This document shows, in pieces, positions 7,827-17,128 of a stretch of 64,000 nucleotides of DNA. The stretch covers positions 6,876-70,875 of the forward strand of contig SCPX01000056.1 in NCBI GenBank assembly GCA_004298615.1, in the 5' to 3' direction. How positions within the stretch are numbered: the stretch's first letter is position 1; every line of letters begins with the position of its first letter. A program made the position numbers and the translations under genes. Below the pieces are notes generated by a model. It searched no databases. It had not been told where the DNA came from and worked only from the letters and a program-made list of their open reading frames with translations. This DNA comes from Patescibacteria group bacterium. Lineage in GTDB: Bacteria > Patescibacteriota > Patescibacteriia > SCPX01.

Positions 7827-10800
7827 ATGAATAAGACTATGAAGATTATAAAGTTTAAAAAAATATTTGCCATAATATCGCTGGCGGCGCAGCTTATTTT
7901 TCAGCCTGTGATCCCCATTTTTGTGCTGGCGCAAGAGGCGGATACGAGTATAGCGCCGCCGCCAAATATCGCTCCGATTGCGGCAGTAAGCGGACCGTCC
8001 TTAATAACGCCGGGCGGAACAGCGCAATTTTCTTCGGCCGGATCATCCGATCCGGACGGTTTTATTTCGGGATTTTCCTGGGATTTTTCTTATGACGGCC
8101 AAACATTCAATATTGAATCAACCGAAGCCAACCCGGCTTATTCATATAAAACTTTCGGCGTTTATACCGCAGCCTTGCAAGCGATTGACAATCAAGGCGC
8201 AGTCAGCAATATTTCAACCGCTTCCATAACCGTAAATTCACCGCCAAAAGTAATAAGAATTGAAATGGAGCCGATACCGGCATATTGGGATTACGAACTG
8301 GACGGAAAATTGCGTTCCTATGATCCGGAAGGGGACGCGATTACGCCCAAACGGCAATGGTATAAAAACGGCATACCGATACCGGGCGCTATCAATCGGC
8401 ATTTGGATCTTTCGTCCTTTACCGATATTCAACCAAATGATGTCTTGACGGTCGCCATATCGGCTTGCGATAAATACGCTTGCAGTCCGCCCTTTACTTC
8501 CGATCCTCTGGCTATTTCAAATTATTTGCCGGAAGCCAAAGCCAACGGGCCTTATTCCGGCTACGCTTTCAAGCCCATAAAATTTTCATCCGCCGGATCA
8601 CTGGACACCGAAGGGCCGATCGCCGGATATGAGTGGGATTTTGATTATGACGGAGAAAATTTTACGGTAGATTCAACGGAAGAAAATCCGGAATTTACTT
8701 ATCAAAAAGGCGGTAAATTCAAAGCGGCTTTGAGAGCGATTGATAAGACGGGAGGAAAAAGCGCAATCAACGCGGCCAGCGTTTCCGTCAATGGCCCGCC
8801 GGTAATCAAAGACATAGTTTTCTTTCCGTCAGATCCTCATTTGGGCGACGATTTAAACGCTTTGCCCGCTGTTTTGGACAGCGATGGAGATCCGGTGACG
8901 CTGAAATACAAATGGAGAAAAAATGGCAATCTGATTCCCGGCGCGGTCGGCGATAATCTGGATTTGGCCATAGGAGGCGATATTCGCAAGGGCGACAGCC
9001 TGGAATTGGAGGCAGAAGCCTGCGATCCTTTTTCGTGTTCGCCTGTTTTCAGATCGGCAAAAATGGTAATTGTTAATAAAACGCCTACTGCCTTGATAGA
9101 CGGCCCGTTTCTTGCCAAGCGCGGCGAGCCGTTGATTCTTGCCGCGCCCGATTCGGGCGACCAAGACGGAGTAATTTCCAAATACGAATGGGATTTGCAT
9201 TATGACGGGAATTCTTTTGACGCGGAATCCGAAGGGCTTTCTCCGCAAATAAATTTTGACGCGATCGGATCATACACTATCGGTTTGCGCGTGACGGACG
9301 ATGAAGGAGCGGTCAGTGAAATCGCCACATCCATTGTCACGGTTTGCGAGCCAAGCGAATGCAGCAAATCAGTTTTAGTCAATAATCATAACGAAGCGTC
9401 TGTTGCCAATAATATTGTCGTGGACGCGTATACGGGAAATAATAATGTTGCCAGAGGAAACGGCGGCGATGTGGGCGATGACGGCCAGGCGGGCAGCGGC
9501 GGGACTGGATTGATTTCAAGCGGCAATGCGGTAGGCGTGGCCAACGCTTCAAATATAGTCAACACCAATCTTATCAATGCGGCCGTGGATCAATCCCATC
9601 AAAATGTTTACGGGATTTATCAAGGTGATTTGAATGTCGCCGGACAATTGGACGCGCTTTCCGGACAATCAGGCGGGACAGGCGACATTTCTCTTTTGAC
9701 CATAAATAATCAAAATTCAGCCGATGTGTCAACAATCATAACGGTCAATGCGGGGACCGGCGGCAATTTATCGGCCGGAAACGGCGCCGTGGCAAATACG
9801 GGCAATGTCCAGGCCGCGGCCAATATTTTCAATTTGGTCAATACCAATGTCGTGGGCGGGAGTTTCTTATTTTCCAGTATGAATGTTTTCGGCGAATGGA
9901 ATGGCGATCTGGTCTTGCCAGGAGATTTGGTTTACACTCTGCAGTCCCAGGGAATAGACATTCTTGAACTCTTGAACAATAATACTTTGGAATTGGAAAA
10001 TATTATCAAAGCCCTGGGCAATACGGGCGATAATTCGGCCGCGGCTCTTGAAGGAGGCGATTCGGAAATTTCCACCGGCCTGGCCCGAGTATTTTCCAAA
10101 GTGTTTAATTTTGCCAACTTGAATATCGTAGGCGGAAATTATCTGCTGTTTATTCCCAATATTCTCGGGCAGTGGAAAGGCAAAGTGATAGACGGGGAAG
10201 ACGGAGATTATAATCTGGCTTTTGTAAAGGAAGGAAAAAAGAAAAAAGTCAAAACCGTGGCGGCCAACGGCAATAAAGCCAAAGTCTCCAACGCGATTTA
10301 CATAAACGGCGATACCGGAGCGAATTCCGCCGGATCGGATAAAAGCAATGCGTCCGTGAATTCCGGACGGGTGGATGTGGTCGCCAATATAATGAATTTC
10401 GTCAATTCAAATTTGGTCAATACCAATATTGTCGTTTCCGTGCTCAATATGTTCGGTTCGTGGAGCGGAAATATCGTGTACGCGTATCCTGATTTGGCCG
10501 CGGCCCTGGATGATGGCGCAGACTTTGTGGCGCCGGGAAACTCATTGATCTATACCGTTGCTTACGGCAATGGCGGAAAAGCCAAAGCCAAAGAAGTGAA
10601 AACATCTTTGACTTTGCCCGAAGGCGTGGTTTATCAATCCAATACCGGCGGCGCGGATCCAGTAATTTCCGGAAATACTTTGACTTGGTCATCGCCGGTT
10701 GTTGCCAACAGCGAAGTGAAATCATTTACCGTGGCTACGACAGTCTCTTCCGATCTTGCGCCCGCTACTGCGACTCTTGAGGCGGTCGTGGCTGTTTCCA

Positions 10801-12167
10801 CGCAGACCAGAGAAAAACGCACGGAAAATAATTTTGCAACCATTCAAACCGCGGTGCAATTTCCGGCAAATGATCCGCCGGCGCCGCCCGGGCCGGATAC
10901 GGGATCGGGAAATCAGCCGCCTGCCGACAATAATGGCACTGATAATATATCAGCTTCTTTGGTGGTGAAAAAATCCAATGACGCCAAAGGATCCAAAGCG
11001 CCGGGTGATACTGTTAATTTTACGGTTTCAGTGGAAAATACGGGGAATGCGTTGATTGATAAAGTCAAAATCGCCGACATTTTGCGCGATCCAAAGGACG
11101 AGAGCCTAAAAAAGAATTATTGGGAAGTCGGCGAAGTGATGCCCGGCGAAGAATTTGAAATTACTTATTCGGTCGCCGTTCCTTCGGACGCTGTGGCCGG
11201 AACCTACACGAATACGGCGCAGGCATCGGGAGTCATTCAAGGCGATGACGCGATTATTTATTCCAATGAAGCGAAAAGTTCATTTTCAGTCAGAGATTCT
11301 CCGCCAAATAATAATGCAAAAGACGGCAATACGGGCGATCAAAATAATCAGTCGGACTTAAATGTTGATTCAGGCAGGACGGGCGGGAATAGTACCGGCG
11401 AAAAAATTTCCGATAAGCTTGAGATTTCAAAGACCAATGATCTGACCGGTCCCATTTTGCCGGGAAGTAAAGTAGGATATTCCATTACGCTGAAAAATAA
11501 TGGCGACAGTACGATAAAAAATATCGTGGTGAGCGACGAATTGGTAAATGGTTTGAGCAAAATAGTGCTGGCGGCCGAAGATTTGCGGGACAAGAAAATA
11601 ACAACTTGGGAGTTTAAGGAATTAAAGCCCGGAGTGGGTTTGCGCATCAGCTATCAATTGGCCATTTCAGGAAACGCGCCGGCCGGCTTTTATACCAATA
11701 CCACTTGGGCCGAAGGGGAGGCGCAGGGCGGCGATAAGGTGTATTCCAATGTGGCTTCTTCAACGATTGAAATTTTATCAATGCTGGGCGTAAATATTCC
11801 GGCCGATTCCGGAGATTTCTTCGGCATTGCCTCGGCTTCGGCCGCGGAAAATATGCTGGGCTTCCCGTCTTTATTTTCTCCGCTTAGGCAAATTGCCGGC
11901 GCGGAGACTTGCCAGAGCTGGCCCCAAAGCATTTGGATTCTAATGTTCCTGCTTTACGCTTCCATCCTCGTCTGGTTTTATTTCTTTGACGGCAAAAAAT
12001 GGAGAGTCGTTTTCCCGTCAGCTTTGACAATCGTGGCCATCGGCCTGTATCTCATTTACGCCTGTCCGGGATCATTCATTTGGTGGCCGATGTCGGTCCT
12101 TGCTTCCGGATTTGTATTGACTGCTCTGGCTATAAATTTTCATCGCAACAGAAGAGCGATGGCTTAA
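7827..12167 (+). CDS. Giant (~1450-aa) cell-surface protein. Its parts are a signal peptide, three or more PKD-like domains interleaved with cadherin-like DxDGD modules, a Gly/Asn-rich repeat region, two DUF11-type repeats and a C-terminal TM anchor.
   Basis: PKD signatures ('FSSAGSSDPDG...FSWDFSYDGQ', 'FSSAGSLDTEG...YEWDFDYDGE', 'PDSGDQDGVISKYEWDLHYDG') are present. DUF11-like motifs ('APGDTVNFTVSVENTGNA', 'PGSKVGYSITLKNNGDS') and C-terminal hydrophobic helices are also present. The start is ambiguous among 7806, 7827 and 7839. Confidence 0.75.
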   Translation: MNKTMKIIKFKKIFAIISLAAQLIFQPVIPIFVLAQEADTSIAPPPNIAPIAAVSGPSLITPGGTAQFSSAGSSDPDGFISGFSWDFSYDGQTFNIESTEANPAYSYKTFGVYTAALQAIDNQGAVSNISTASITVNSPPKVIRIEMEPIPAYWDYELDGKLRSYDPEGDAITPKRQWYKNGIPIPGAINRHLDLSSFTDIQPNDVLTVAISACDKYACSPPFTSDPLAISNYLPEAKANGPYSGYAFKPIKFSSAGSLDTEGPIAGYEWDFDYDGENFTVDSTEENPEFTYQKGGKFKAALRAIDKTGGKSAINAASVSVNGPPVIKDIVFFPSDPHLGDDLNALPAVLDSDGDPVTLKYKWRKNGNLIPGAVGDNLDLAIGGDIRKGDSLELEAEACDPFSCSPVFRSAKMVIVNKTPTALIDGPFLAKRGEPLILAAPDSGDQDGVISKYEWDLHYDGNSFDAESEGLSPQINFDAIGSYTIGLRVTDDEGAVSEIATSIVTVCEPSECSKSVLVNNHNEASVANNIVVDAYTGNNNVARGNGGDVGDDGQAGSGGTGLISSGNAVGVANASNIVNTNLINAAVDQSHQNVYGIYQGDLNVAGQLDALSGQSGGTGDISLLTINNQNSADVSTIITVNAGTGGNLSAGNGAVANTGNVQAAANIFNLVNTNVVGGSFLFSSMNVFGEWNGDLVLPGDLVYTLQSQGIDILELLNNNTLELENIIKALGNTGDNSAAALEGGDSEISTGLARVFSKVFNFANLNIVGGNYLLFIPNILGQWKGKVIDGEDGDYNLAFVKEGKKKKVKTVAANGNKAKVSNAIYINGDTGANSAGSDKSNASVNSGRVDVVANIMNFVNSNLVNTNIVVSVLNMFGSWSGNIVYAYPDLAAALDDGADFVAPGNSLIYTVAYGNGGKAKAKEVKTSLTLPEGVVYQSNTGGADPVISGNTLTWSSPVVANSEVKSFTVATTVSSDLAPATATLEAVVAVSTQTREKRTENNFATIQTAVQFPANDPPAPPGPDTGSGNQPPADNNGTDNISASLVVKKSNDAKGSKAPGDTVNFTVSVENTGNALIDKVKIADILRDPKDESLKKNYWEVGEVMPGEEFEITYSVAVPSDAVAGTYTNTAQASGVIQGDDAIIYSNEAKSSFSVRDSPPNNNAKDGNTGDQNNQSDLNVDSGRTGGNSTGEKISDKLEISKTNDLTGPILPGSKVGYSITLKNNGDSTIKNIVVSDELVNGLSKIVLAAEDLRDKKITTWEFKELKPGVGLRISYQLAISGNAPAGFYTNTTWAEGEAQGGDKVYSNVASSTIEILSMLGVNIPADSGDFFGIASASAAENMLGFPSLFSPLRQIAGAETCQSWPQSIWILMFLLYASILVWFYFFDGKKWRVVFPSALTIVAIGLYLIYACPGSFIWWPMSVLASGFVLTALAINFHRNRRAMA

Positions 12168-12547
12168 AAATCAATAAAACAATAAAAACATAAACCAATC
12201 CGAAAAGTTTTTAAATTGTCAAACAAAAAAATGGCAAAACAAAAACAAAGAGGGTTGGTTTTATTTTTTAAAAAAATTACGCTTGCGGTCAAATGCCCTT
12301 TCCTGCCAACACTCAAGAAGCAGACACTTGGCCGCAATTTCGCGCTTTGTCGGAGAGCGACAAGCATCTTTCTGACAAATATCGCGATCCGCTTGACGCA
12401 AAGCGGCTATGAGCTTGGACTCTTGAAGCTTTGCGCAAGCGGTTGCCGCCATCAGCGAGCCTCGCCTTGAGCGGGCCGCCATCAAAGGTCGGAGGATATT
12501 GTTCTTTTAAGTATTAGGCGATTATTATTAACTTATGAATTGGAGGT

Positions 12548-13474
12548 ATGAAAAAAATATTTTTAGGCCTGGGCGTTTTCGCTCTTGCCTTGGCATTCAT
12601 TCCGATGTTTGCCGCCTTTGAAGCTCATGTGATCAATGTGACGGCCACGATTGAAAACGCTCTGAAGGTCAGTCCGAATCCTGTAGAATTCGGCACCGTG
12701 TTTCCAAATGAAACGGTATACAGAGATATGACCGTTGCGTTAAGTGAGTCTTTCTCAAGAGAAGATCGCGTGGACGATGTGGAGTACAAGATCGTACAAA
12801 AACCCAAACCAAAACCTCAAACACAAGGAACGACAGACTATTGCATACTGGAAAAAGCGGAACTTTACGCTTGTATAACCGCTCAACAGAATCCACCCAA
12901 CAACAAATCTCTCCAGGACGCCATAATGGCTTGTTATGGGAATTATGACACAACTCAATGTTATCCATCTATGTGTCAGTTTCTTTCCAAGCAGCCCGAT
13001 AGGCCGCAATGTTCAGACGGAGTAGATAATGATGGAGATTTGGCTATTGACGCTCAAGATCAGGGCTGCCTTGATGAAGCAGGTAATTATCATGCAGAGG
13101 ATGGTAATGAGGCTTTACCGGGCGTGCAGCCAGCAACAGATCAAGGGGTAGACGCGCCGCATCCGATTGCTGAATGTATGGACGGAATAGATAATGATTT
13201 AGATGGAAATATTGATTACTCTGCCGATAAAGAATGTGCGCAATATGGCGATAATAGCGAGTTTACGGCTGGAGATCAACCCCAAGTTAAGGGTAGGTTG
13301 TCTAAATTGGAAAACGATAAGCAGGATCTATGGATGCTTGATTTAGAAGTCCCGTGTTTTATCGGCCAATGCAAACAAGGCGAAGTCGGCTTATTGCCGC
13401 CCGCATGGGAGCACAGTAAGTTTGGTTGCGATCTGTGGGTAGAGGTGCAAGGAATTTCTGAAACGCCTACATGA
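12548..13474 (+). CDS. Secreted protein with a SipW-cognate-like leader, an Ig-like N-domain, Asp-rich DxDxDG repeats and a conserved C-terminal Cys module
   Basis: The leader reads '...LAFIPMFAAFEAHVINVTATIEN'. Repeats 'CSDGVDNDGDLAIDAQD' and 'CMDGIDNDLDGNIDYSAD' follow. The C-terminus reads 'VPCFIGQC...EHSKFGCDLWVEVQ'. Confidence 0.6.
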   Translation: MKKIFLGLGVFALALAFIPMFAAFEAHVINVTATIENALKVSPNPVEFGTVFPNETVYRDMTVALSESFSREDRVDDVEYKIVQKPKPKPQTQGTTDYCILEKAELYACITAQQNPPNNKSLQDAIMACYGNYDTTQCYPSMCQFLSKQPDRPQCSDGVDNDGDLAIDAQDQGCLDEAGNYHAEDGNEALPGVQPATDQGVDAPHPIAECMDGIDNDLDGNIDYSADKECAQYGDNSEFTAGDQPQVKGRLSKLENDKQDLWMLDLEVPCFIGQCKQGEVGLLPPAWEHSKFGCDLWVEVQGISETPT

Positions 13475-13510
13475 GGCTAAAATTATTCGCATTAAAGAAA
13501 GGAGGCGCTT

Positions 13511-14254
13511 ATGAATAGGATTAGAAAAATAATACTGTACGGACTCGGAGGATTGACGGTTTTGGCGTTCATTCCGCTATTTGCCGCTTTTGAAGCGCAT
13601 GTGATCAATGTGACGGCGCAGATTGAAAACGCGCTATTCGTGCATCCGGAGTCGCTGGAATACGGAACTGTGTTCCCGCAGGAACATTTAAACACTTCCT
13701 TTTTCGTGACTTTCAGCGAATCTTTTTCCGAGAGCAGTCAGACAAGAGTCGGCACGATTGAGTATGCGATTAAGCAAAAGCCGAAACCGTTGCCCGCATA
13801 TGTCGCACAAATCGGCGTGGATTCGGCGCGCGCGTGGTGCCACGATAATTATCCGCAAACGCCGTATGATCCGGCTATCACGGTCTGGCAAGATTATCTT
13901 TCAAGGTGTTATCCCACCATATGCCCAGCCCTGTCAAAGCACCCGGATAATAATCCTTCTACCGGACCAAACGCCAATAACGATATCGGTCTGCCGGCGT
14001 TTCATAATCCCTGGACGGAGTTTGCGATAGGAAAGCTGGTTAAGTTCCCGAACATAAACAATGACCCGGCGGATACTTGGACTATTGATCTGGCAGTGCC
14101 GTGCTTTAAAGGGCAGTGCGCGCAAGATTGGCCGAATTTCGTGCTTGGGCAAAATCCCAATGCCGGAGATCCTCTGCAATACGAGCTTCCGCCGGAATTG
14201 GAGCATCAAACATTCGGCTGCGATCTGTGGGTGGAAGTGACAAAAATCTATTAG
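13511..14254 (+). CDS. Paralogous secreted protein with the same leader and the same C-terminal Cys module
   Basis: It has '...LAFIPLFAAFEAHVINVTAQIEN', 'LEYGTVFPQE' and a C-terminus 'VPCFKGQC...EHQTFGCDLWVEVTK'. Confidence 0.6.
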   Translation: MNRIRKIILYGLGGLTVLAFIPLFAAFEAHVINVTAQIENALFVHPESLEYGTVFPQEHLNTSFFVTFSESFSESSQTRVGTIEYAIKQKPKPLPAYVAQIGVDSARAWCHDNYPQTPYDPAITVWQDYLSRCYPTICPALSKHPDNNPSTGPNANNDIGLPAFHNPWTEFAIGKLVKFPNINNDPADTWTIDLAVPCFKGQCAQDWPNFVLGQNPNAGDPLQYELPPELEHQTFGCDLWVEVTKIY

Positions 14255-14450
14255 TTAAAAAAACTCCCCCGCCGTGAGGCGGGGGCGCCCGCACCGTTCG
14301 CTGGCTGTCCCTCGGTTAGCCGAATCGGTGCGGGACACTGCACCTTAGCACAAGAAGCTTATAAAGTCAACCCTCGCTTTGATCTTTGCATTTTATTGCG
14401 GGCTTGAAGCGGGGGGAGACGGGCCCCCGATTATCATTAATCTAAAAATT

Positions 14451-14681
14451 ATGGAAGAGTTTCTGCTGGAAAATCAGTGGATAATCATTCTGGCGATTCT
14501 CTGGACTCTGCCGTGGAAAGGCATAGCGCTTTGGAATTCGTCTCGCAATGGAGATACCGGCTGGTTTATAGCGCTTTTGATTGTCAATACGCTGGGCATT
14601 TTGGAAATATTGTATATTTACGTATTCAGCAAAAATAAATCAAAAGAACGCGAATCGGCAATGCCTCAAACAATGAAGTAA
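14451..14681 (+). CDS. Small two-TM membrane protein (DUF5652-like, 'WTLPWKGIALW...NTLGILEILYIYVF')
   Basis: It has a hydrophobic profile. The start is chosen at 'MEEFLL'; the 5' part of the ORF (14379-14450) is GC-rich hairpins and probably non-coding. Confidence 0.45.
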   Translation: MEEFLLENQWIIILAILWTLPWKGIALWNSSRNGDTGWFIALLIVNTLGILEILYIYVFSKNKSKERESAMPQTMK

Positions 14682-14818
14682 ATTAGATGATTTAATTTAT
14701 TTCACTCGGCTTAGACCAATTTTCTTCTGCGGAACTCGCTCGCTTGCGCTTCGCTCAAACAGTCCTCGTGCGAAAATTGGCCAACCCTCGCGAAATAAAA
14801 TATATTAATAACTATATG

Positions 14819-15304
14819 AACGATATTAAAAATCAAACAATAGAAAAACCGGAAGAGCCGGAAATCGCAACGCCGGAGAAAAAAGAGAAGTATCGGATGC
14901 GCTTAAGCGATAAAATAATTGCCGCGGTTTTAGCCGTATTTTTCATTTGTATTTTTTACATTGTGCTGGACGCGAACAAATACCGCGCCACAGTCCGCAT
15001 CGCGCCGGGCGAGGGGATAGTGGGCATTAATCCGTCCACTGCCTCTTTGGACTTTGGCGATCTTTCGCGCGGCGCTTCGGCCGTGCGGCGGGTGGCTTTG
15101 AAAAACGGCACCAATCTTTCGATGTATGTGGCGATTTTAAAAATCGGCAGCATTTCCGATCTTGTAGACATAAGCAAAAATAATTTTAAGCTAAAGCCCA
15201 GAAGCGAAGAAAAGATTGAATTCACGGTTTTTGTTCCGGCTTCGGCGGAGATAGACAAGACTTATTCAGGAAGAGTTTATTTGTTTAAGATCCCGATATT
15301 TTAG
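14819..15304 (+). CDS. Membrane-anchored protein with an ASH/PapD-like (choice-of-anchor-D / DUF1573-type) Ig-fold domain
   Basis: An N-terminal TM helix ('IIAAVLAVFFICIFYIVL') is followed by 'TASLDFGDLSRGASAVRRVALKNGTNLSMYV...KIEFTVFVPASAE'. It is translationally coupled to the peptidase gene (stop at 15304, ATG at 15307). The start is uncertain among 14744, 14819 and 14897. Confidence 0.5.
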   Translation, partial: NDIKNQTIEKPEEPEIATPEKKEKYRMRLSDKIIAAVLAVFFICIFYIVLDANKYRATVRIAPGEGIVGINPSTASLDFGDLSRGASAVRRVALKNGTNLSMYVAILKIGSISDLVDISKNNFKLKPRSEEKIEFTVFVPASAEIDKTYSGRVYLFKIPIF

Positions 15305-15306
15305 TT

Positions 15307-15735
15307 ATGGCCACAAATAAAAAGTATTTGAGTTGGTTTATTTATTTTGCCGGACTCGCGATTTTGATTTTTGCCTTGCCGAAATTGCTTTCCCTTGGCT
15401 TGAGAACGCCCTCGCCTATGGCCGCCATCACTTCCGGATCAATGTGGCCGGTTTTGAAGCAAGGCGATTTGATTTTTATCCAAGGAATTGGCGCCAAAGA
15501 TTTAAAAATCGGCGATGTCGTAGTATACCGGAATCAAATCAATAATACCTTTACTATCCACCGGATCGCCAAATTGGAAAAAGAATTTATCACCACCAAG
15601 GGCGACGCGAATTTCCAGGAAGATCCGCCGGTGCGGTACGAAGACATAGTCGGCCGCGCGCTCACATTATCAAATAAGCCGCTCCGCCTACCATATTTAG
15701 GATCAATCACTATGCTGGCGAGCGGTTTGAAATGA
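15307..15735 (+). CDS. Signal peptidase I of the ER/archaeal type (S26B; SipW/Sec11-like)
   Basis: All three boxes are ER-type: 'SGSMWPVLKQGDLIFI' is Ser box B, 'TIHRIAKL' has HR instead of the P-type KR, and 'TKGDAN' is the Sec11/SipW box E. Confidence 0.75.
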   Translation: MATNKKYLSWFIYFAGLAILIFALPKLLSLGLRTPSPMAAITSGSMWPVLKQGDLIFIQGIGAKDLKIGDVVVYRNQINNTFTIHRIAKLEKEFITTKGDANFQEDPPVRYEDIVGRALTLSNKPLRLPYLGSITMLASGLK

Positions 15736-15815
15736 CTTTTAACCTTTAATTATTAACTTTTGCTTTCGTCCCGATGCGGCATTTGTTAATGGCCAATGGT
15801 TAACAGTTATAGTTT

Positions 15816-16463
15816 ATGAGCAAAAGATTATTCGGCACAGCTTCGCATTTATTAAAAATGTTAGCCATTACTCCTTTCTGGTTATTCATAGTTTTGTCTT
15901 TTTTTGTCCTGCCTCTTTCCGCTTTTGAAGCGCATGTGATTAATGTGACCGCGACAATTGATCCGGGACCGAAGATTTGCGACGCGCGGTCTCTGGGGTA
16001 TTGGAAAAATCACGAAGGTTGCGCTTGGGGCGAGGGAGAAAGTATTTGGGAGAGCGCGGTGCAAAGCCTAAGCACCGAATTTTCCGGAATTTTTTCCGCC
16101 GCGACCGGCGAGCAAATGTGTTATGATTTATGGCTGACAAATTGCAAGGGCACGAGCCTTCAGAAAAAACGCTGCCGCGCCCGCGTTCATACCTTGGCGG
16201 TTGAATTAAATGTCGTATCCGGCCGTTTGGATCTTGACGCATTGATTGCCGGCGCTGACAACGGCAATTCAGCCTTTGATCATCTTGGCTTGACTCAAAA
16301 TTCAACAATCAGAGAATCTCTCGCGGCCATTGAAGCGATAATCGCCAATAACAATTCCACCGCTTCCCAGTACACTGACGCGGCTTACGCGGCTGAACGG
16401 ATTTACGAATTTTATGAAAATGAGTGTGCGGAAAAGCCATATTGCATTTACGGGTTTGAATAA
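15816..16463 (+). CDS. Third secreted protein with the shared leader 'SAFEAHVINVTATID'; its mature part is Cys-containing and unrelated to the first two
   Basis: The leader reads '...FFVLPLSAFEAHVINVTAT'. The alternative start M15 gives a cleaner signal peptide. Confidence 0.55.
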   Translation: MSKRLFGTASHLLKMLAITPFWLFIVLSFFVLPLSAFEAHVINVTATIDPGPKICDARSLGYWKNHEGCAWGEGESIWESAVQSLSTEFSGIFSAATGEQMCYDLWLTNCKGTSLQKKRCRARVHTLAVELNVVSGRLDLDALIAGADNGNSAFDHLGLTQNSTIRESLAAIEAIIANNNSTASQYTDAAYAAERIYEFYENECAEKPYCIYGFE

Positions 16464-16499
16464 AATAATATGAGAAAATTTGAGAGGAGGTGAAATAGT

Positions 16500-16886
16500 A
16501 TGAACCAACATGAACATCACGCAGAATTAGTAAGCGGGTTCTTTAAAGAGCAGCGCCAAATTTTTGATTCCTCAAGTCAAGCGATGTACGCGTTTCTTGA
16601 TGATGATTGCAGAGTGTGTAATCAGAAATTTGCAACGCTTCTTGGGTACTCATCGCCGGATGAATGGTTTAAAGTGAATGTGCAAGGAGCTTTTCCAGCC
16701 GCCTTTGTTGATGACGGAAGCCAACAAACGCTCGTGGCCGCATATCAAAACGCGATGGAGAAAATGGAAGGCGCAACAATCAAAGTGGTCTGGAAGAAAA
16801 AATCAGGCGGAATAATTAACACAACCGTTATTCTTGTTCCGGTAGCTTATAGAGGCCACTTATTTGCTCTTCACTTCATTTCTTAA
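16500..16886 (+). CDS. Hypothetical cytoplasmic protein (128 aa)
   Basis: A strong RBS ('gagaggaggtgaaatagtATG') and coding-like composition support it. No family was recognised. Confidence 0.45.
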   Translation: MNQHEHHAELVSGFFKEQRQIFDSSSQAMYAFLDDDCRVCNQKFATLLGYSSPDEWFKVNVQGAFPAAFVDDGSQQTLVAAYQNAMEKMEGATIKVVWKKKSGGIINTTVILVPVAYRGHLFALHFIS

Positions 16887-17077
16887 GCAGAAAAAGTGAT
16901 TTACTAAAGATTGTGTAGGATGAAAAAACCCGCTTCAATGCCGGCGATCACGGCGAGATTATTGGAATGAGCTTTAGCGACTGCAAGGAAATCGCCAAGC
17001 CGATTATCGCCGGTTTCGCGGCGCGCCTATAAGGCAAAAATTCTCGCTTGACAAGCATTTTTAATAAGAGTAGTTTT

Positions 17078-17104
17078 AAAATATGGAGCATGTCTCCATA
17101 TTTT
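17078..17104 (+). promoter_or_regulatory. 11-bp inverted repeat aaaatatggag-N5-ctccatatttt, a hairpin or operator just upstream of gene 17129
   Basis: The repeat is seen in sequence. A TTGACA hexamer lies about 25 bp upstream. Confidence 0.3.
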
Positions 17105-17128
17105 AGCATATTTTTGTAACGAAAGGGG

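Noticed and set aside
14379-14450. N-terminal 24 codons of ORF 14379..14681 ('MIFAFYCGLEAGGDGPPIIINLKI')
   Set aside because: This stretch coincides with a GC-rich hairpin (cgggggg-agac-gggccccc). The downstream Met (14451) begins the conserved hydrophobic protein.
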